Source: a virus | Taxonomy: Duplodnaviria > Heunggongvirae > Uroviricota > Caudoviricetes | Direction: 5' to 3' (one strand) | Virus record (IMG/VR): IMGVR_UViG_2548877011_000002 | Location: 1-11,406 of that record | DNA length: 11,406 bases | Shown here: one piece after another, positions 1 through 5,635 of the stretch | Numbering within the stretch: the first letter of the stretch is position 1 | Layout: the number at the start of each line of letters is the position of its first letter | Notes under the pieces: model-generated | Seen by the model: the letters and a program-made list of their open reading frames with translations, nothing else | What the model was told of the DNA's origin: nothing | Databases searched by the model: none | Position numbers and translations under genes: made by a program

Positions 1-9
1 ATTTGTCAT
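1..9 (-). CDS. First three codons of the gene downstream of cII on the minus strand, probably a replication (O-like) gene; runs off the left edge
   Basis: Minus-strand ATG (reverse complement of 7-9) preceded by AGGAG (reverse complement of 15-19); position after cII as in the lambdoid layout. Too short to identify. Confidence 0.25.
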
Positions 10-41
10 AATGACTCCTGTGGATTGATCCAGTAATTCCC

Positions 42-338
42 TCAGAATTGCATATCAATTTGCTTAGAGTCCCCGGCGGCCACCGGGGATTTTTTCTTTG
101 TGATTTCATCAAGCGCATACTTAAAAGCTCTGCTAATCGGACTGATGTCTGATGCCATGCCAAAAGCACACAAGACCGAAGCTATAAACCTCCAGTCTGT
201 TCTGCTTATCTTCGATTCATGACAGCCAATCATCTTTGCCAGACCGCGCTGGGTAAGCGTTGACAGGTTGATGAGTAAATCAGTTTCAGCGCGATCAATT
301 TCTCGCTGTGATAGTTTGCTGTAACTTGTTTGTTCCAT
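42..338 (-). CDS. cII: CII-like transcriptional activator (lysogeny establishment)
   Basis: 98-aa ORF. C-terminus ..KKKSPVAAGDSKQIDMQF resembles lambda CII ..KKRPAATERSEQIQMEF as recalled; central HTH-like segment (LAKMIGCHESKISR); lies after cro on the same strand. Confidence 0.7.
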   Translation of the reverse strand: MEQTSYSKLSQREIDRAETDLLINLSTLTQRGLAKMIGCHESKISRTDWRFIASVLCAFGMASDISPISRAFKYALDEITKKKSPVAAGDSKQIDMQF

Positions 339-349
339 TTCTTAAGATT
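316..349 (+). promoter_or_regulatory. Candidate pRE-type promoter with CII half-sites (TTGC-N6-TTGT) and TAAGAT -10, antisense to the cII 5' end
   Basis: TTGCtgtaacTTGT at 316-329 inside the first codons of cII, followed about 14 nt later by TAAGAT (344-349); geometry and the TAAGAT-TTCC stretch resemble lambda pRE as recalled. Confidence 0.35.
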
Positions 350-377
350 TCCAATAGTGAATAGCTAGTTGAAAGGT

Positions 378-393
378 ATGCGTGGAAACGCAT
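378..393 (-). repeat. Perfect 6-bp inverted repeat (hairpin) in the cro-cII intergenic region; possible tR1/nutR-associated structure
   Basis: ATGCGT-ggaa-ACGCAT read directly; no T-run follows, so it is not a classical intrinsic terminator. Confidence 0.3.
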
Positions 394-423
394 ATGGCCT
401 TAGTTGGTCAGATATATTGGGAC

Positions 424-438
424 TCGCTTTGTCAGCGA
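424..438 (-). promoter_or_regulatory. nutR boxB-like hairpin (GACAA loop)
   Basis: Minus-strand reading TCGCT-GACAA-AGCGA, the same loop and near-identical stem as the plus-strand hairpin at 3334-3348; lies just downstream of cro. A possible boxA-like CGCTATTTT is the reverse complement of 462-470. Confidence 0.5.
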
Positions 439-476
439 CGTAGGACGAATGTCCATTGTGAAAATAGCGGTGTTAC

Positions 477-710
477 TTATGCAGCCGATGCTCTACGCGA
501 TACGAACACTAGGTTTTCCTTTTTCACAGGTTTATAACCCGTGAAATTACGAGTAGCTTCTTCGATTGCATTCGCTTTATCAGGGGAAGCTCTTCGAAAT
601 CCATATGCAATCTGGTCAAGATAGCCAACTGAAGTTTTCGCTAATGCGGCGAGTCGCTTCCATTCCTCACTAGAAGCCTCTTTTCGCCAGCGTAGTAGTT
701 CATTACTCAT
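477..710 (-). CDS. cro: Cro-like HTH regulator (YdaS/Cro-type)
   Basis: 77-aa ORF divergent from cI across an operator-rich intergenic region; HTH-like core LAKTSVGYLDQIAYGFRRASPDKANAIEEATR resembles YdaS/Cro-type proteins. Confidence 0.6.
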   Translation of the reverse strand: MSNELLRWRKEASSEEWKRLAALAKTSVGYLDQIAYGFRRASPDKANAIEEATRNFTGYKPVKKENLVFVSRRASAA

Positions 711-823
711 TAGTGCCTCCGTTTATCACACAGAACAACTTTACCATTTTGATAAATCATCCGCAATGTAAATTTATCATATTGCGTATTTATCCATTTG
801 CTAAATAGAGGGAAAATTGTGAG
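711..823. promoter_or_regulatory. oR region with divergent pR/pRM promoters and repeated operator motif
   Basis: Divergent cI/cro intergenic region containing TTTATCA at 722-728 and 773-779, TTTATCC at 789-795, and the inverted form GATAAA at 751-756; the 10-mer AATTTATCAT at 771-780 recurs in oL. Confidence 0.6.
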
Positions 824-1528
824 ATGGAAAACAAAGATATTCGCAAATCGAATCTGGCGTTTTTGCTAGATGAGCATAAAAAAATCGCGGGTAACACTAA
901 TGCAAGCTTTGCCGATAAGCTTGGGGTTAGCCCTTCTCAACTCACGCAAGTCTCCGGTGAAAAAAGCACTCGAAACATAGGGGATAAACTAGCAAGAAAA
1001 TTTGAAGCCGCGCTTGGGTTACCTAATGGGTGGCTTGATTTGGTACATGATGTAACACCAATTGCATCATGCTCAGATTCTTTAACTTTTGTCGGTCAGG
1101 TAAGAAAAGGGTTAGTGCGCGTGGTTGGTGAGGCAATTCTTGGTGTTGATGGTGCCATCGAGATGACCGAAGAGCGCGATGGGTGGCTCAAAATTTATAG
1201 CGATGATCCAGATGCCTTTGGTCTTCGTGTGAAAGGAGACAGCATGTGGCCCAGAATAAAATCAGGAGAATATGTACTCATTGAGCCTAACACCAAAGTA
1301 TTCCCGGGTGATGAGGTGTTTGTCAGAACTGTTGAAGGACACAACATGATCAAAGTTCTTGGCTATGACAGAGACGGAGAATACCAATTTACAAGCATCA
1401 ACCAGGACCACAGGCCAATAACGTTGCCTTATCATCAAGTAGCAAAGGTGGAGTATGTGGCTGGTATTCTGAAGCAATCTCGCCATCTGGATGACATCGA
1501 GGCAAGGGAGTGGCTGAAAAGTTCGTGA
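824..1528 (+). CDS. cI: CI-type prophage repressor (N-terminal HTH, C-terminal S24/LexA-like autopeptidase domain)
   Basis: 234-aa ORF; N-terminal HTH-like region (FADKLGVSPSQLTQV); C-terminal domain with a GDSMWP serine motif and a downstream lysine (MIKVLG) typical of LexA/CI self-cleaving repressors; divergent from cro. Confidence 0.9.
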   Translation: MENKDIRKSNLAFLLDEHKKIAGNTNASFADKLGVSPSQLTQVSGEKSTRNIGDKLARKFEAALGLPNGWLDLVHDVTPIASCSDSLTFVGQVRKGLVRVVGEAILGVDGAIEMTEERDGWLKIYSDDPDAFGLRVKGDSMWPRIKSGEYVLIEPNTKVFPGDEVFVRTVEGHNMIKVLGYDRDGEYQFTSINQDHRPITLPYHQVAKVEYVAGILKQSRHLDDIEAREWLKSS

Positions 1529-1610
1529 CTTCATCGTCACATAGCTGGTAACCAGTGGCCTGAAGAGACGTTTGGGTGATGTACATAGCATTTCTGGATA
1601 AAAATACAGA

Positions 1611-1652
1611 TTCCCTTTATGGGAAATGAATCTATAATTCCCAAAAAGGGAA
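1611..1652 (+). promoter_or_regulatory. Candidate promoter/operator for the toxin-antitoxin-chaperone cassette
   Basis: Two palindromes TTCCC-N5-GGGAA (1611-1625 and 1638-1652) flank a perfect TATAAT at 1633-1638; the toxin ATG is at 1665. Confidence 0.45.
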
Positions 1653-1664
1653 CAAAATCGGATT

Positions 1665-1952
1665 ATGAAGGTCTTAAACGTAGAGAAGCTTCACAGTTTT
1701 AGCCGGAAGCACAATCAGGCCAAGGGGGCTTTAGACTCTTGGTATGATGAAGTGATAAGAGAAAACTGGAAAACGACTCAAGACATACGGAATAGATTTA
1801 ATTCTGCCGACTTCCTTCCTAACAACAGGGTAATTTTTAATATAAAAGGCAATAACTATCGGCTCGTTGTCCAAGTTGTTTACCAGGCAGGAATGGTCAT
1901 AGTTGAAAGAGTTGGAACTCATGCAGAGTACGACAAGTGGAGGCTTAAATGA
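1665..1952 (+). CDS. higB: HigB-type toxin (RelE/ParE-fold mRNA interferase family)
   Basis: 95-aa ORF; C-terminal half FNIKGNNYRLVVQVVYQAGMVIVERVGTHAEYDKW parallels E. coli HigB (YgjN) ..FNVGGNELRVVAMVFF..CYIREVMTHKEYD as recalled; 4-nt ATGA overlap with the next ORF. Confidence 0.8.
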   Translation: MKVLNVEKLHSFSRKHNQAKGALDSWYDEVIRENWKTTQDIRNRFNSADFLPNNRVIFNIKGNNYRLVVQVVYQAGMVIVERVGTHAEYDKWRLK

Positions 1953-2605
1953 ATCGAACTAGCTGGCGCATCATTAAAAATAGTGAAGAGCATGCTGCAG
2001 CTATGGAAAGGCTCATTGAACTTGCGTCTAGTGATTTACAACCTGGAACTGAAGATTTTGATGAGTTTGAACTACTAGGCTTGCTTATCGAGCACTATGA
2101 GTCACGCGAGTTCCCTATGGACAAGCCAGATCCCATAGAAGCAATCAAGTTCCGTATGGATCAACAAGGCCTCTCTTATGCCGATATGAAACAATACATT
2201 GGCTCAGCATCTAAAGTATCTGAGGTCTTAAATCGTAAGCGTCCATTAAGTCTTTCAATGATCCGTAGACTACATGACGGACTTGGAATTCCTGCAGATA
2301 TCTTAATTCAAGATATGAGCGCAATTGAATGGAGCCTAGTTGACGCAGAGGAAGAAGAAACAGCCATGACTAGCGTCATTGCTCGGTGTGAGTCAGCCGT
2401 CACATCACCTTCTGCTTATTTCGCTGAAAAGGCTACAGAATCTTACTTTTCAAAAATGTTGTTCAGCGCAGTAAGGGGTAATGGCAAATGCAAAGAAAAA
2501 CGGAATGTTTTTTCTTTGATAAGTAACTTGTCATCAAGTTTCACAGCGGCTAGCAACCTGAATGACGAAATGACTTCTGACGGAAATTACTTATTATTAC
2601 CATGA
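1949..2605 (+). CDS. higA: HigA-type HTH antitoxin with a ~90-aa C-terminal extension (candidate chaperone-addiction region)
   Basis: 218-aa ORF; residues ~60-125 (PIEAIKFRMDQQGLSYADMKQYIGSASKVSEVLNRKRPLSLSMIRRLHDGLGIPADILI) parallel the E. coli HigA (YgjM) HTH region as recalled; it then continues ~90 aa beyond where HigA normally ends, Ser/Ala-rich; ATGA overlaps with both neighbours. Confidence 0.75.
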   Translation: MNRTSWRIIKNSEEHAAAMERLIELASSDLQPGTEDFDEFELLGLLIEHYESREFPMDKPDPIEAIKFRMDQQGLSYADMKQYIGSASKVSEVLNRKRPLSLSMIRRLHDGLGIPADILIQDMSAIEWSLVDAEEEETAMTSVIARCESAVTSPSAYFAEKATESYFSKMLFSAVRGNGKCKEKRNVFSLISNLSSSFTAASNLNDEMTSDGNYLLLP

Positions 2606-3006
2606 AAATTGAACTCATTAGCAAAAAAGTTGAACGCTTGGTTATGACACGGCTAGAAGGCGATTCAACAGCAAAAAAAGCCATAAAAACAACCGTTAAT
2701 CTAAATAATGAACTTTACACTAATGTGAAGGATTCAAAGCTATTTAGAGTGAGATATTTTGCCTCCGTAACTATTGAAGGCAGGCTTGAGATGGACATCA
2801 CATACGACTTTGACTTCCGGTCAGAAGATGATTTTTCTCATGAAATGGCAAAATCATATGAGGTAAGGTCCATTGCTCCCAATATGGCATATCCCTATAT
2901 AAAAACATATGCCGAGCAAATTATCCTCATGTCAAACCTTGGTAGGTTCACTCTGCCTTATTTTGATTTCTTGGCCAATCCCATGGAAACGAACAGTAAT
3001 AAGTGA
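2602..3006 (+). CDS. SecB-like chaperone (third component of the cassette)
   Basis: 134-aa ORF translationally coupled to the antitoxin; C-terminal PNMAYPYIKTYAEQIILMSNLGRF..LPYFDF resembles the SecB segment [28 protein letters not shown] as recalled. The similarity is remote and by eye only. Confidence 0.6.
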   Translation: MKIELISKKVERLVMTRLEGDSTAKKAIKTTVNLNNELYTNVKDSKLFRVRYFASVTIEGRLEMDITYDFDFRSEDDFSHEMAKSYEVRSIAPNMAYPYIKTYAEQIILMSNLGRFTLPYFDFLANPMETNSNK

Positions 3007-3014
3007 AATTCCCC

Positions 3015-3040
3015 ACCCGGCCTCAGCGCCGGGTTTTCTT
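3015..3040 (+). terminator. Intrinsic terminator closing the cI/cassette transcription unit
   Basis: ACCCGGC-ctcagc-GCCGGGT stem-loop followed by TTTCTTT, 9 nt after the stop codon of the chaperone ORF. Confidence 0.7.
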
Positions 3041-3144
3041 TGCCTCACGATCCCCACACCTAAAAACACATAACCAATTGTATTTGTTGAAAAATAAATA
3101 GATACAACTTGCTAAACAACGCAATCCAGATCTCCCTCAAATCT

Positions 3145-3265
3145 CTTTATTTATCCTGTCGAATTCCTACAACAAAATAAAACACCATAAGAATCAATAC
3201 GATATTTGAAAACCAAGAGAATTTATCATTTTGCTATTGCCATTAATTTATCATTCCGATAAAGT
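3145..3265 (+). promoter_or_regulatory. oL/pL region: repeated operator motif and candidate pL promoter
   Basis: AATTTATCATT at 3220-3230 and 3245-3255, TTTATCC at 3150-3156, GATAAA at 3258-3263; candidate -35 TTGCCA (3237-3242) and -10 TAAAGT (3260-3265) with 17-nt spacing, reading toward N. Confidence 0.5.
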
Positions 3266-3333
3266 TCACCCATCAGCAGGACGCACTACTCACCAGGGCG
3301 GTGAATATACAACGATTCGAATATGAATCTACG

Positions 3334-3348
3334 GCGCTGACAAAGCGC
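3334..3348 (+). promoter_or_regulatory. nutL boxB hairpin (P22-type, GACAA loop)
   Basis: GCGCT-GACAA-AGCGC matches the P22-type boxB as recalled; lies between pL and N. Confidence 0.6.
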
Positions 3349-3477
3349 AATAACCAAAGTGAACTTTGGGGTGAATGCAGAAGCTAACCTTCTCGGCGGA
3401 GGCGCTTTGCAATGATTACGCGACCGGAGTTAGTCGCCCGGCTGTATTCACCGCCAAAGTTCATCAGGAGGTTCCAT

Positions 3478-3861
3478 ATGACACGCAGAACTCAGTTCAA
3501 AGGCAATTCTCGTTCTCGTCGTCGTGAGCGTTTAAAGGCAAAGGCATTAGCTAACGGCGTACTGGCCCGCGAAGAAGCAATAAGTTCAGAAGTATTACAC
3601 CGCCCAACTCTAAGTAGAGCGCAGATTCAGGCTAAAGGTACTCACGAAACGCCTGATCGCATAGAAGACGCTAAGCCAATTAAGTTCATGGCACAGGACG
3701 TGATCTGGCAGCAGGAAGAATACAGACGCAATCTGGAGCGAGCGGCCATTGTGTACGCGAATGAGTTTGGACATAAGCAACCAGAAACTGGTGTATGTCT
3801 TCCAAATGTAGCTCTTTACGCGGCAGGCTACCGGAAATCCAAACAACTGACAGCAAGATGA
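3478..3861 (+). CDS. N: N-type transcription antiterminator (P22 gp24-like)
   Basis: Arginine-rich N-terminus (MTRRTQFKGNSRSRRRERLKAK); C-terminus ..VALYAAGYRKSKQLTAR close to P22 N ..VALYAAGHRKSKQITAR as recalled; AGGAGG at 3466-3471 before the ATG at 3478. The track start at 3412 is in frame but lacks an RBS. Confidence 0.8.
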   Translation: MTRRTQFKGNSRSRRRERLKAKALANGVLAREEAISSEVLHRPTLSRAQIQAKGTHETPDRIEDAKPIKFMAQDVIWQQEEYRRNLERAAIVYANEFGHKQPETGVCLPNVALYAAGYRKSKQLTAR

Positions 3862-3919
3862 CTTGTGTTGGTCGCCAGAAAATGAAATTAGGCAGCAAAC
3901 CACTTATTTGAGGTGATAT

Positions 3920-4390
3920 ATGACAAAATCATGGAGCGTACCTTTTCCTGAATCAGAAACTGAACATGATGGAATGCCTGTTTTCTGGAGATTCCAGGCG
4001 ACAGTTGAAGAAGATGGGATAAAAATATTCGCACTTCAATATATAGCTTTTCATCAGACAGAGCATTATGCATGGTTGGTTCCTGCGCATTGGATTGTTA
4101 ATTTTAAACCAGCACCAAATCAGTGGTTACAGGAATGGAAACAAAGGAGAAATAGATATGCAATTAAGAAAGTAGCAAAAAATGCAGAAAGATCTTTTGC
4201 ATTCCCAACGAAGAAACTTGCCATTGAAAGTTTATTGCGCCGGAAGAAATACCATTTAATGAGAATCAAACAAGATTTGGCTGTTGTATCAACTCTTGTT
4301 GATGGTATGAAGAATATTGATACATCAACACCAGATATTGAATATAACTTTGGACACAACCAAGAAACAGAAAATTGGGTATTTTATTAG
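3920..4390 (+). CDS. Hypothetical protein (156 aa) in an AT-rich island between N and ea10
   Basis: Complete ORF with GAGGTGA before the ATG; no family recognised; visibly AT-richer than its neighbours; followed by an inverted repeat and an intrinsic terminator. Confidence 0.5.
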   Translation: MTKSWSVPFPESETEHDGMPVFWRFQATVEEDGIKIFALQYIAFHQTEHYAWLVPAHWIVNFKPAPNQWLQEWKQRRNRYAIKKVAKNAERSFAFPTKKLAIESLLRRKKYHLMRIKQDLAVVSTLVDGMKNIDTSTPDIEYNFGHNQETENWVFY

Positions 4391-4404
4391 TACGAATAAG
4401 CACT

Positions 4405-4432
4405 GTGTATTCATTCCAACGAGTGAATACAC
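4405..4432. repeat. 9-bp perfect inverted repeat GTGTATTCA-N10-TGAATACAC
   Basis: Read directly from the sequence; sits between the 156-aa ORF and the terminator; could be a protein-binding site or RNA hairpin. Confidence 0.5.
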
Positions 4433-4494
4433 GGAGCAATGTCGCTCGTAACTAAACAGGAGCCGACTTGTTCTGATTATTGGAAATCTTCTTT

Positions 4495-4520
4495 GCCCTC
4501 CAATGTGAGGGCGATTTTTT
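4495..4520 (+). terminator. Intrinsic terminator
   Basis: GCCCTC-caatgt-GAGGGC followed by GATTTTTT. Confidence 0.7.
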
Positions 4521-4540
4521 ATCTGTGAGGATATGAACAG

Positions 4541-4909
4541 ATGTCAAACATCAAAAAATACATCATTGATTACGACTGGAAAGCATCAATAGAAATTGAA
4601 ATCGACCATGACGTAATGACAGAGGAAAAACTTCACCAGATTAATAATTTCTGGTCAGACTCTGAATACCGACTCAATAAACACGGCTCTGTATTAAATG
4701 CTGTATTAATCATGCTGGCGCAACATGCTCTGCTTATAGCAATTTCAAGCGACTTAAATGCATATGGTGTTGTGTGTGAGTTCGACTGGAATGATGGAAA
4801 TGGTCAGGAAGGATGGCCTCCAATGGATGGTAGCGAAGGAATAAGAATTACCGATATCGATACATCAGGAATATTTGATTCAGATGATATGACTATCAAG
4901 GCCGCCTGA
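4541..4909 (+). CDS. ea10: Ea10-like protein (lambda ea10 position, upstream of cIII)
   Basis: 122-aa ORF, the same length and position as lambda ea10 and with a sequence I believe matches it; GAGGA RBS upstream. Identity is from memory only. Confidence 0.55.
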   Translation: MSNIKKYIIDYDWKASIEIEIDHDVMTEEKLHQINNFWSDSEYRLNKHGSVLNAVLIMLAQHALLIAISSDLNAYGVVCEFDWNDGNGQEGWPPMDGSEGIRITDIDTSGIFDSDDMTIKAA

Positions 4910-4981
4910 GTGCGGCTTTACCGCATACCAATAACGCTTCACTCGAGGCGTTTTTCGTTATGTATAAATAAGGAGCACACC

Positions 4982-5146
4982 ATGCAATATGCCATTGCAG
5001 GGTGGCCTGTTGCTGGCTGCCCTTCCGAATCTTTACTTGAACGAATCACCCGTAAATTACGTGACGGATGGAAACGCCTTATCGACATACTTAATCAGCC
5101 AGGAGTCCCAAAGAATGGATCAAACACTTATGGCTATCCAGACTAA
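4982..5146 (+). CDS. cIII: CIII (FtsH inhibitor that protects CII)
   Basis: 54-aa product [54 protein letters not shown] matches lambda CIII as recalled; AAGGAG at 4970-4975. The track's GTG start at 4910 is an upstream in-frame extension. Confidence 0.85.
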   Translation: MQYAIAGWPVAGCPSESLLERITRKLRDGWKRLIDILNQPGVPKNGSNTYGYPD

Positions 5147-5258
5147 ATTCACTATCGCCACTTTTATTGGCGATGAAAAGATGTTTCGTGAAGCCGTCGA
5201 CGCTTATAAAAAATGGATATTAATGCTGAAACTGAGATCAAGCAAAAGCATTCACTAA
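5115..5258 (+). CDS. kil: Kil (host cell-division inhibitor peptide)
   Basis: 47-aa product [47 protein letters not shown]; overlaps the cIII 3' end by 32 nt as in lambda; AGGAG at 5101-5105. Confidence 0.75.
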   Translation: MDQTLMAIQTKFTIATFIGDEKMFREAVDAYKKWILMLKLRSSKSIH

Positions 5259-5333
5259 CCCCATTTCCTGTTTTCCTAATCAGCCTGGCATTTCGCGGGC
5301 GATATTTTCACAGCCATTTTCAGGAGTTCAGCC

Positions 5334-5630
5334 ATGAACGCTTATTACATTCAGGATCGTCTTGAGGCTCAGAGCTGGGCGCGTCACTACCAGCAGATCG
5401 CCCGTGAAGAGAAAGAGGCAGAACTGGCAGACGACATGGAAAAAGGCCTGCCCCAGCACCTGTTTGAATCGCTATGCATCGATCATTTGCAACGCCACGG
5501 GGCCAGCAAAAAAGCCATTACCCGTGCGTTTGATGACGATGTTGAGTTTCAGGAGCGCATGGCAGAACACATCCGGTACATGGTTGAAACCATTGCTCAC
5601 CACCAGGTTGATATTGATTCAGAGGTATAA
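5334..5630 (+). CDS. gam: Gam (RecBCD inhibitor), short 98-aa form
   Basis: Sequence [51 protein letters not shown].. essentially identical to lambda GamS as recalled. Confidence 0.9.
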   Translation: MNAYYIQDRLEAQSWARHYQQIAREEKEAELADDMEKGLPQHLFESLCIDHLQRHGASKKAITRAFDDDVEFQERMAEHIRYMVETIAHHQVDIDSEV

Positions 5631-5635
5631 AACGG

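Noticed and set aside
1525-1540. Inverted repeat GTGAC-ttcatc-GTCAC just after the cI stop
   Set aside because: Short stem and no downstream T-run; not convincing as a terminator, so cI read-through into the cassette remains possible.
1262-1591. 109-aa and 62-aa minus-strand ORFs inside cI
   Set aside because: Overlap the well-supported cI repressor gene on the opposite strand; no independent support.
3412-3477. Upstream in-frame extension of N (track start at 3412)
   Set aside because: No RBS before 3412, whereas AGGAGG precedes the ATG at 3478 and the product then begins with the arginine-rich motif as in N proteins.
3610-4073. Three minus-strand ORFs (97, 70 and 61 aa)
   Set aside because: Antisense to N and to the start of the 156-aa ORF; mutually overlapping frames, no RBS; likely spurious. 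A sieB-like gene on this strand cannot be fully excluded.
4910-4981. GTG-initiated upstream extension of cIII
   Set aside because: Lambda CIII is 54 aa and starts at the ATG at 4982, which is preceded by AAGGAG; the extension has no RBS.
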